A DNA stretch of 39,277 nt from Trichosphaerium sp. ATCC 40318 (lineage: Eukaryota; Protista; Tubulinea). Numbering within the stretch: the stretch's first letter is position 1; each line of letters opens with the position of its first letter. Of the stretch, positions 27,433-37,648 are shown one piece after another. The translations under genes were made by a program, and so were the position numbers. The DNA lies in NCBI GenBank assembly GCA_038496445.1, contig JALMLS010000147.1, positions 1 to 39,277 on the forward strand, written 5' to 3'. The notes under the pieces are model-generated. The model was given only the letters and a program-made list of their open reading frames with translations. It did not search any database and was not told where the DNA came from.

Positions 27433-28853
27433 ATGACAAATTGACTTTTAATTTTGGGTAATAGGGATTGCGTGTTATTTTTTTAGTATATATAAATGTT
27501 ATATTAGTTGGCTTTTTTTATTTTATTTTTTTGTGATACTGAGTTATTTTATATTTTTAGTTACATAGGTAATTTTTTTAGGAGGAACAGAGGATTGGAT
27601 GTGACGTTTGTCTTATCTTTTCATATTTTAAGCAGCAGTTTGTTTATATAGGTAAGCTCCTTAATTGGGATCGCAAGTATAGAATAATAGTTTTATTTTT
27701 ATGCTTTTAGCATAACTTGTTGTGCGCAGGTGCTTTTTTAGTATATGATCTTATTTTTTTTTATATTATTTTTGAGTTTTTTTAATACCTCTTTTTTTTT
27801 TTATAGGTATTTGAGGTACTAAAAAGCGACGGTAATAGCATCCTTTAAATTATTTTTATATACGTATTAGGATCTTTTTCTATGCTTATAGGTTAATGTC
27901 TTTATATTCTCAAGTGGTACATTTGATCTGTATACCTTATTTTATATAATAATAGTTTTCAGCGAGATTAGGTACATGTATTTTATTTTTAACAGCATTT
28001 GCTGTTAAACACCCATGTATCCATTTCATTTATGTTACCCGAAGCACATGTAGAGGCAACAACAGTAGGTTCGGTTATTTTAGCAGCTTGATTTTAAAAT
28101 TAGCTTGTATGGGCTGTGTAGATTTGTTATTCTTTGTTTTTTGAATCTATAAAATATATGCGCCTTTATTTTTTGTAATTATAATAATTGTATTTTACAT
28201 AGTGTATGTTTATCGTGTAGACATGTGATGTTAAAAAAGCATAGCTTATATGTCTATAGCACATATGATTTTAGTTTGATTGGTTTGTTTTCGTTAAATA
28301 TAGTAGGTGTGCAAGATGCATTTATTTATTAGTAGGACATGGTTAGTATCGAGTGGTTATTTATTTTAGTAGGTATTTTATATGATAGTTTAAAACTCGT
28401 GTTATTTTTTATTATGGAGTATAAGTCAAATAATGCCATTATGGCATTATTTTATTTTATGTTTATTTTTGCTAATTTTGGTTTTCCTGTTTTTTAAATT
28501 TTGTGGAGAACTTTTAATTTTTTTTTCTTGTCTTTATATAGTTTTTTATTAAGTTTTTTTTTATGTTTAGGTATGTTATATCTACAGGGGCTAGTGTATG
28601 AATGTATAATAGGATAGTTTTTGGGAAGTTAAATACGAAGGCATATTAAAAAAGGTTTGAAAAGAAGTCAAAGAGAAAAAAATTGAAGATTAATGGGAGT
28701 AGTAGAGGTTGGTTGATTAGTACGTATGGTCGTACAGATTTAACTTGGCGTGAATTAATATTTTATGCTTTTTATTATGTACCGTGTAATATTAGGAATA
28801 TTACCATGGTTTGGGAATTCAGCGTTGGTCATTTTATACTACTAACAGAATAA
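27433..28853 (+). CDS. nad4: NADH dehydrogenase subunit 4, cryptogene (needs many single-nt insertions; TGA=Trp); best-quality copy
   Basis: YDLIFFYIIFE, IGIW(tga)G, PMYPFHL tg[g] LPEAHVEA, VGSVILA g[g]c LILKL g[g]c LYG, R ca[g] CDVKK.IAYMSIAHM, GHG.VSSG.F, YD ag[g] FKTR, NFGFP g[g]t FLNF.GE, W(tga)MYNRIVFG, DLTWRE. The stop position is approximate. Confidence 0.93.
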
Positions 28854-28868
28854 ATAAGCTTACTTATC

Positions 28869-29891
28869 ATGGAAAATTCTAAAATTGTTGATGAAATAAT
28901 GGAAAAAATGGCACGTTTTTTTTTTGTTTTTTTTAATTGCCTAAAAAGCAAAAAAAGCAAAGGGGCCTACGTGTCTATACCAGGATTGATATTAGAACCT
29001 CAAAATTTAGAGGAGGTTATACATAATAGGTTCATTTTATTAGGAGTAACAAGTGTATTATTTATAGTTTGTTTAGGTTTTGCTGCAGGTTTTTATTATA
29101 ATAGTAATAATCATATAATCTCTGTAGATATGGACTGTATTGATCAGGTGCTTCGCTATAATTTAGGGTATAAAAATTTAAAAAACGATGTGAATCTTGA
29201 GAATTGTGAAGCATATTTTGAACCGCAAAATATATTAATATTACCAGCTTTTGAATTTGAAGATCCAGATTTAGATTTAGACGAAAAAATAATTGAGGGA
29301 ATTTTAGAATTGCAGCAACAAATACCAAAAGTAGAGGTAGAGTTAGACGTTGCAAGTGAAACAGTAAAAATAATGGAGCAAGCTTTAGAGTCTTACAATT
29401 GAGGTAATTATAGAGAAAATATAGTAAATATCGAAGATGAACCTACTTATCAAGGGACAGAAAATTTTCAAGGATATAATAATCCAAATTTAGATGAGTT
29501 ATTGTCAGATGCAATAGCTTCATCTAAATTTAATGTATCTGATGAACTAGATGATAGTTCATCAGATACATTAAATTTAGATGAAGCTATTGCATCTGAT
29601 GGTTCAAATGAAATTTTTGAGAATATTGTGACTTTTGAGGAAGAAGATTATGGAGGAAAAGATACTTTAGAAGGAATTGACATAGTGTTTCCCGGAGAAA
29701 ATCAACTGGTAAGGGAAATTGGTGAAAATATTGATGGAAATTTATATTGTAGTTATGAAGAAAATATGGTAGGTTGTTATGATTGTTTAAATGAAACTAC
29801 TCAGATTTTTTTAGATATGGATAATGATTTTTTTTTATTTGTTGAAATATTAAAAAAAGTTATATATTTTTTAATATCTATTTTTTTTTAA
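28869..29891 (+). CDS. ORF340: unknown acidic protein with hydrophobic segments near residues 55-77 and at the C-terminus; no frameshifts
   Basis: The supplied 177-aa and 129-aa ORFs are in the same frame and are joined by TGA (29400-29402) plus 33 sense codons. In code 4 this is 1023 nt, ATG to TAA. Confidence 0.8.
29505..29599. repeat. 45-bp perfect stem with a 5-nt loop, inside ORF340
   Basis: TCAGATGCAATAGC…GAACTA gatga TAGTTC…GCTATTGCATCTGA. Confidence 0.95.
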
Positions 29892-30755
29892 TATTTTATT
29901 TTATATTTTTTATTTAAAAAAAGAGAATGTTATTTGTATTATAAATGAATATTTAAAAAGATAGTTATTTGTTTATAATTTTTTATAGTTTCAACTAAGA
30001 AGCGAAATTAAAAATAAATTAATTCTTTATTTTTTTTTTTTTTTTTTTAGATAGCTTTTATTTTTTTTTATATTTTTGTTTTTCTTCATTTTATTTTTTT
30101 AAATAAATTTTATAATATTTTACATTTTATAAAAATATTAAACCTTTTTTTTATTCTTTTTTTTTTTTTTAATTTTTTTAATTAATCATTTAAATTTTAA
30201 TTTAAAAATCTCTTTAGTTTGTAAACTTATTTGTTCTACGTATTTTCTTTTAATTTCATAATAAAAAAAAAGAAGAGATTTTATATTAAATTTGATTCTT
30301 CTTTTTTTCTAATAACTAAAAATTTAAAAAACTTATGATTAAAATTTTTAATCATTTTAATCATTTTATTTTTTAATATTAATATCATAAGTTTATTTAA
30401 CTTATATTTTCTTTTTATTTTCTTAATCTCTTTTTTTATATCTTTTTTTTTGCTTTATTATTTTTTTAATCTCTTTTTTTATTGCTTTTTTTTTTTTCCT
30501 AAGTTTTTTAAAAAATTTTTTTCTTTTTTTTTTAATCTCTTCTTTTTTTTTCAATTTTTTTTGTTTTATTCTTTCTTGCCTGCGATCTCATGCTCTTTTT
30601 TTTCTAAAATAACCTTTTGTATATCTACCTACTAAAAATTTTAATACCTTTTTTTTTTTTTTTCTTTTTTTTAATATTCTTTTTATTTTATTACCTTGAC
30701 TTTTTTTGGTTTTTAAAATTTTTATTTTAGAATTAAAAATTTTTATTTTATATTT

Positions 30756-30809
30756 TACATTAAATTTAAATTTTTTCAGAAGCTTCTGAAAAAATTTAAA
30801 TTTAATGTA
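30756..30809. repeat. Perfect 54-bp palindrome just downstream of ORF190
   Basis: Centre GAAG|CTTC at 30782/30783. Confidence 0.9.
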
Positions 30810-30840
30810 TTTTTTTTTATAATGTTCTTTTTTATCTTTT

Positions 30841-31413
30841 TTATTTTTTCTTTCCTTTTTTTTGTTTTTTTTTCTTCTCCTTTCTAAAATATAAAAAATA
30901 CTGACGTCGTAAGTATTTTTTATATATTTTACTTGGTTTTTTTACTATTCTTTTTATTTTTTTTAATAAAAACCTTTTTCTAATGTAACGTTTATGAAAA
31001 AACAATGAAGGTTTTAAAATTATATTTTTTACGTGATATTTTATTAAGTCAAAGTTTTCTTTCTTTTTTAGATAGTCAATACACGTTGGACGTACGTCCA
31101 ACGTGTATTGACTATCTAAAAAAGAAAGAAAACTTTGACTTAATAAAATATCACGTAAAAAATATAATTTTAAATTACTTTCTTTAATTTTACTTTTAAT
31201 TTTACCTACTAAATCAATATTAAAACTAACTTCTTTTCTTTCTTTTAAACATGTATTTATACCTTCACTTTTATTTGTTTCTTTTAGATATGTATTTATA
31301 CCTTCACTTTTATTTGTTTCTTTAAAAAAGATCCTATCGCGATTTTTTAAAGAAATATCCAGGTTTTTTCTTACTAGTAAAATTAAAGAGACCCAAAGGT
31401 TGTTTTTTTTCAC
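30841..31413 (-). CDS. ORF190: basic Lys-rich unknown protein containing a 162-bp palindrome and a duplicated KETNKSEGINT
   Basis: Supplied ORF. The start codon is uncertain (GTG inside a hairpin loop; frame open back to ~31467). Confidence 0.4.
   Translation of the reverse strand: MKKNNLWVSLILLVRKNLDISLKNRDRIFFKETNKSEGINTYLKETNKSEGINTCLKERKEVSFNIDLVGKIKSKIKESNLKLYFLRDILLSQSFLSFLDSQYTLDVRPTCIDYLKKKENFDLIKYHVKNIILKPSLFFHKRYIRKRFLLKKIKRIVKKPSKIYKKYLRRQYFLYFRKEKKKKQKKGKKK
31013..31174. repeat. Perfect 162-bp palindrome inside ORF190
   Basis: Centre ACGT|ACGT at 31093/31094; the same peptide is encoded on both strands. Confidence 0.95.
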
Positions 31414-31778
31414 AAATAACCTTTGGGTCTCTTTAATTTTACTAGTAAGAAAAAACCTGGATATTTCTTACTAAGGTTATCTAATATTATTTCTTCGCTG
31501 GTATACTTAATTTTAAATTAATTTAAAATTAAGTATACCAGCGAAGAAATAATATTAGATAACCTTAGTAAGAAATATCCAGGTTTTTTCTTACTAGTAA
31601 AATTAAAGAGACCCAAAATTAATGACTTAATTACTATTAAATTTTTATCGATAGGTAAGCGGGATATAAAGTTTACGTCTCTCTTTTAGTTAACTAAACA
31701 AAGACGTAAACTTTATATCCCGCTTACCTATCGATAAAAATTTAATAAAGCGGGATATAAAGTTTACGTCTTTGTTTT
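31350..31778. repeat. Cluster of overlapping palindromes
   Basis: 52-bp stem at 31350-31401/31418-31469; perfect 196-bp palindrome at 31422-31617; 46-bp stem at 31635-31680/31702-31747 followed by a third partial arm copy at 31748-31777. Confidence 0.92.
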
Positions 31779-31854
31779 TAAAACGCCGTTTTTTTTTTTT
31801 TTCTTTTTTTTTTCTATTCAATATTTTTATTTAAATTTACAAAATTAATAAACT

Positions 31855-33260
31855 TAATTTATTTTTAAAATAAGTTTATTTTTTATAGGCAATTTTACCT
31901 TCTATAACGTCCACTAATATGTAATTTATTTAATTTATTGCTTATTTTTTCTGGTTTCTTATTTCACGATATAATACAAAATTTGCTTACTATTAAGATA
32001 TTTTCTTAAAATTAATTACGCTTACCTTTTCATAAAGTTTTTCAAAAAGATTACTACGACGTGGTATAAACTTCTAAACACTTTTACATAAAAATATAAA
32101 CACGTATAAAAAAACTTAAAATATCAAAAAATAAACCGAAAACGAATGATTTAAATTTTCCATTTTACCAACCCTAATCTAACTAAATTATTCCTATTTT
32201 TTCAAAATATAATACAAAATTTAGCAAAACAAAATATAAAACTTTGCTATTTTAAAAAACGCCTCAATTAACACCTAAAAACCACCCTTACGTAAAAACT
32301 TATAATTAATATAAAAACTCTAAATTTCTTGCACAAAATTCTTAATTTATAAACATAACCAAGTTTATAGAAGCTTTTCTTCCTTCATATAAGTTAACTT
32401 AAACCTCACATTTGATCTATTTTGGCTAATTTTTGTTTATTAAATTGATCTCCATAAAACGAGAACACTATAAAACACACATTACGACTACTATAACAAG
32501 TATATAACCAAGTTTTACAAAACAACTATATATCACCATTGATCATAAACATATCAAGGCATATTCATACCTTAAATCAGCTAAACCCCTATTAAATAAT
32601 AAATAAACTGTGTTGGAGGATAACGAACAAAAAAAGATTTAAGGGAATGATTTTAAAACTAACATATTTAAATATCGCTTATTTTTAGGTTGTTTAAACA
32701 ACCTAAAAATAAGCGATATTTAAATATGTTAGTTTTAAAATCATTCCCTTAAATCTTTTTTTGTTCGTTATCCTCCAACACATAAATAACCTTTTAAAAA
32801 ACTTTAATATCTAGATGATTACTCTGTATTTTTTTAGAGAATTGTTGCGTTACCAAAAAATTAATTTTTTGGTAACGCAACAATTCTCTAAAAAAATATC
32901 ACTAGTTAGTAATTCAAAACTAAATTTCTTTTTTTCAAAACATAAAGAAACCTTTTGTTATAGCAACTCAGTAAAACCATCACTTCAGCATTACAATTAA
33001 AACTATAATTATTACCACTTAGCTATACCATTTATCCAAATACATCCACCTACATAACCATCCATGTAGTCATACCTACACAATATCTGTTTGACACACT
33101 AAAGATGCCCTATTAAAATTATATGCTTCATTATAACACGTAAACCGTCGTAACCTAATCACAAAGAATAAAAACAATAGGTCTTACTCTTTTTTTAAAA
33201 TGTAAACTATATTATTAAAATCTTCTTTTAACCAACCTACAATGCTAAACCTAAAAACAC
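31855..33260 (-). CDS. Possible divergent, frameshifted ribosomal-protein genes (rpl14-like near 33260-33000, rps14-like near 32080-31855)
   Basis: The minus strand is G-skewed like the other cryptogenes. Fragments VIRLRR..FNRASLV..CVG..LHG and PRR..LYE..KP..HISGRYR.V weakly resemble uL14 and uS14 in the usual S10-spc order. The similarity is weak and judged by eye. Confidence 0.22.
32609..32898. repeat. Two perfect palindromes: 174 bp (32609-32782) and 72 bp (32827-32898)
   Basis: Centres GTTT|AAAC at 32695/32696 and AATT|AATT at 32862/32863. Confidence 0.93.
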
Positions 33261-33453
33261 TTAAATATAAAAAAAAAAATAAAAGCTATCTAAAAAACAA
33301 AAAAAAATAAAATAAAGAACTTAATTTATTTTTAATTTCGCTTCTTCCCTTGAAACTATAAAAAATTATAAACAAATAACTATCTTTTTTAAATATTCAT
33401 TTATAATACAAATAACATTCTCTTTTTTTAAATAAAAAATATAAAATAAAATA

Positions 33454-34476
33454 TTAAAAAAAAATAGATATTAAAAAATATATAACTTTTTTTAATATTT
33501 CAACAAATAAAAAAAAATCATTATCCATATCTAAAAAAATCTGAGTAGTTTCATTTAAACAATCATAACAACCTACCATATTTTCTTCATAACTACAATA
33601 TAAATTTCCATCAATATTTTCACCAATTTCCCTTACCAGTTGATTTTCTCCGGGAAACACTATGTCAATTCCTTCTAAAGTATCTTTTCCTCCATAATCT
33701 TCTTCCTCAAAAGTCACAATATTCTCAAAAATTTCATTTGAACCATCAGATGCAATAGCTTCATCTAAATTTAATGTATCTGATGAACTATCATCTAGTT
33801 CATCAGATACATTAAATTTAGATGAAGCTATTGCATCTGACAATAACTCATCTAAATTTGGATTATTATATCCTTGAAAATTTTCTGTCCCTTGATAAGT
33901 AGGTTCATCTTCGATATTTACTATATTTTCTCTATAATTACCTCAATTGTAAGACTCTAAAGCTTGCTCCATTATTTTTACTGTTTCACTTGCAACGTCT
34001 AACTCTACCTCTACTTTTGGTATTTGTTGCTGCAATTCTAAAATTCCCTCAATTATTTTTTCGTCTAAATCTAAATCTGGATCTTCAAATTCAAAAGCTG
34101 GTAATATTAATATATTTTGCGGTTCAAAATATGCTTCACAATTCTCAAGATTCACATCGTTTTTTAAATTTTTATACCCTAAATTATAGCGAAGCACCTG
34201 ATCAATACAGTCCATATCTACAGAGATTATATGATTATTACTATTATAATAAAAACCTGCAGCAAAACCTAAACAAACTATAAATAATACACTTGTTACT
34301 CCTAATAAAATGAACCTATTATGTATAACCTCCTCTAAATTTTGAGGTTCTAATATCAATCCTGGTATAGACACGTAGGCCCCTTTGCTTTTTTTGCTTT
34401 TTAGGCAATTAAAAAAAACAAAAAAAAAACGTGCCATTTTTTCCATTATTTCATCAACAATTTTAGAATTTTCCAT
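33454..34476 (-). CDS. ORF340, second intact copy
   Basis: Reverse complement of 28869-29891. Confidence 0.8.
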
Positions 34477-34491
34477 GATAAGTAAGCTTAT

Positions 34492-35912
34492 TTATTCTGT
34501 TAGTAGTATAAAATGACCAACGCTGAATTCCCAAACCATGGTAATATTCCTAATATTACACGGTACATAATAAAAAGCATAAAATATTAATTCACGCCAA
34601 GTTAAATCTGTACGACCATACGTACTAATCAACCAACCTCTACTACTCCCATTAATCTTCAATTTTTTTCTCTTTGACTTCTTTTCAAACCTTTTTTAAT
34701 ATGCCTTCGTATTTAACTTCCCAAAAACTATCCTATTATACATTCATACACTAGCCCCTGTAGATATAACATACCTAAACATAAAAAAAAACTTAATAAA
34801 AAACTATATAAAGACAAGAAAAAAAAATTAAAAGTTCTCCACAAAATTTAAAAAACAGGAAAACCAAAATTAGCAAAAATAAACATAAAATAAAATAATG
34901 CCATAATGGCATTATTTGACTTATACTCCATAATAAAAAATAACACGAGTTTTAAACTATCATATAAAATACCTACTAAAATAAATAACCACTCGATACT
35001 AACCATGTCCTACTAATAAATAAATGCATCTTGCACACCTACTATATTTAACGAAAACAAACCAATCAAACTAAAATCATATGTGCTATAGACATATAAG
35101 CTATGCTTTTTTAACATCACATGTCTACACGATAAACATACACTATGTAAAATACAATTATTATAATTACAAAAAATAAAGGCGCATATATTTTATAGAT
35201 TCAAAAAACAAAGAATAACAAATCTACACAGCCCATACAAGCTAATTTTAAAATCAAGCTGCTAAAATAACCGAACCTACTGTTGTTGCCTCTACATGTG
35301 CTTCGGGTAACATAAATGAAATGGATACATGGGTGTTTAACAGCAAATGCTGTTAAAAATAAAATACATGTACCTAATCTCGCTGAAAACTATTATTATA
35401 TAAAATAAGGTATACAGATCAAATGTACCACTTGAGAATATAAAGACATTAACCTATAAGCATAGAAAAAGATCCTAATACGTATATAAAAATAATTTAA
35501 AGGATGCTATTACCGTCGCTTTTTAGTACCTCAAATACCTATAAAAAAAAAAAGAGGTATTAAAAAAACTCAAAAATAATATAAAAAAAAATAAGATCAT
35601 ATACTAAAAAAGCACCTGCGCACAACAAGTTATGCTAAAAGCATAAAAATAAAACTATTATTCTATACTTGCGATCCCAATTAAGGAGCTTACCTATATA
35701 AACAAACTGCTGCTTAAAATATGAAAAGATAAGACAAACGTCACATCCAATCCTCTGTTCCTCCTAAAAAAATTACCTATGTAACTAAAAATATAAAATA
35801 ACTCAGTATCACAAAAAAATAAAATAAAAAAAGCCAACTAATATAACATTTATATATACTAAAAAAATAACACGCAATCCCTATTACCCAAAATTAAAAG
35901 TCAATTTGTCAT
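34492..35912 (-). CDS. nad4: nad4 cryptogene, copy 5
   Basis: Reverse complement of 27433-28853. Confidence 0.9.
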
Positions 35913-35916
35913 TAAT

Positions 35917-37291
35917 TTAAATTAAATTAACATATCTATATCAATAAAAATAAAACATCATAATTAAAATAAATAAAATATTAGCCATAAAAAAAAAGCT
36001 AACATATAATAAATATTTCGTCTCGCCTTATATATAAGCCTCATCCTCAAAATTTACCAAACAGGAATCCTTGAAAACGTTTAAATAAAACTTAATGCAA
36101 AAATACGACTAAAATGCAAAATATAGCAAGTAATCAATCACTACCGCTAATAAACTCGATATTAACAAAAATTTAGAAAAAAAGCCATTAGCGGAGGTAA
36201 TCCTGCTACAGATAAAAAACTTAATCAAAAAAATATACTTCACGAAACGCTATATGATTAAATTTAAAAAATCTAACATATTTACTATACTCTATTTTGT
36301 AAATGACTTAACAAAATAAACAAATTAAAAAAAAACCCATGCTTACAAGCATATAAATACCAAATAAATTAAAATACATAAAAAACTAAATGAGATGCAG
36401 TATTACATGCTAATAATAAATAACTTAAATTTACACTGAGCTATACGCTCAAATTCTTCTAATCTTATTTGACTAACACCTAAAAATACAAAAACCACAT
36501 GCTAATAACTGAAAATACTGTTATTATTGACTTATTTCTTCAATTTGTATCAATACAAAAAATACTTTCAAAAAAACATCAAGGTCACTATTTTACTTAC
36601 TACTGTTAAAATACTTAAAGCCCCAAAGAACCTGCCTCATAGCTATCAACAATCAAAAATTAAACGGAAATATCCCTAATTTTATAAATAAACACATAAA
36701 AATAGAGATAACCCTACGATAATAAACCATCCAAATATAAAAATCCACACCCACTCTATAAACTTATACGACCACATGAACTCTTAAGTCAAAAAATAAC
36801 ACAACCTATAAAAATAAATCCTGAGCTAATTTATTAAAAATTAAATATTTTAGGGCTGCTCAGATTTAGAAACTTTATTCGACCTACACTTAATAAAATA
36901 TAGAAACAAATTCTAATAATTCTAAAACAACTCAACAACACAACAACTCGAAAACGATAATATTAAAAAACTACATAACATATACATAAATTAAGTAAAC
37001 ACCATTGTAGGAATCACTTTCCTCATAGAAGTCAAAAAAAAAAAGAAGCACACTATAACACTTTTAAATAGATACAACCGAAGCATCAAAATAAGTTTGA
37101 TCCAGTCATATCACTGCATTAACGCGCACAACTAAAGCTTAAAATTGAAAAACAAAACATAATAATCCTAAATCTTTTGCAAGAATCCTGCACTTTTTCC
37201 TCAAATTTGTAAACTAGTACCAAAAATTAATCACCAAATAAAAATAAAATAAGAATCTCTCTTCTAAATAAAAATAAAATAGATTAGCCAT
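35917..37291 (-). CDS. nad2: nad2 cryptogene, copy 5
   Basis: Reverse complement of 26054-27428. Confidence 0.88.
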
Positions 37292-37648
37292 CTTATATAT
37301 AAGTCTATATTAATACTTTTTTTTACTTATATATATTATAACTATTCGAATAGCGATACTTGCCGTAGGCGGAAAAAACTTAAATAAATAGTGGTATAAT
37401 AATAGAAAATATACCACTATTTATTTAAGTTTTTTCCGCCTAGGGTGGGGAATTTTATTCTTTAGGCTTTTTTCTTCTCATAAATTATCTATTTTGTTTT
37501 TTTTTTATACCAAAAAAACAAAATTCCCCACCCTACACAGTGTTTTTTACATACCAAAAAAACAAAAAAAAAAACAAGAGCCTAAAGAATAAATGTGCCA
37601 ATAAAATAAAATAAAAAGTTAACTATTTATTTTATTTTATTGGCACAT

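Larger units (their letters stand above)
11123..28938. repeat. Giant inverted repeat 1: ~8.8-kb arms (11123-19956 and 20105-28938) with a 148-bp spacer
   Basis: Mirrored ORF pairs have coordinate sums of 40061-40062. The symmetry breaks at 19957/20104. Confidence 0.95.

Noticed and set aside
26054-28853. nad2/nad4 as decayed pseudogenes or NUMTs
   Set aside because: Shifts are all one base missing, fairly evenly spaced and biased to G, and the restored frame has no nonsense codons. Random decay would give mixed indels and stops. Not formally excluded without RNA data.
26054-28853. Frameshifts as long-read homopolymer under-calls
   Set aside because: Adjacent 1.0- and 1.9-kb ORFs in the same copies are intact. 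The genuine copy-to-copy noise here affects long A/T runs and junctions, not these fixed sites.
26054-28853. Physarum-type C insertion or kinetoplastid-type U insertion
   Set aside because: C or U cannot restore the invariant Gly, Trp and Gln codons at the diagnostic sites.
30076-30720. Phe-rich 61-aa ORF or Lys-rich minus-strand gene
   Set aside because: Low-complexity poly-T single-copy sequence next to a junction; no reliable frame.
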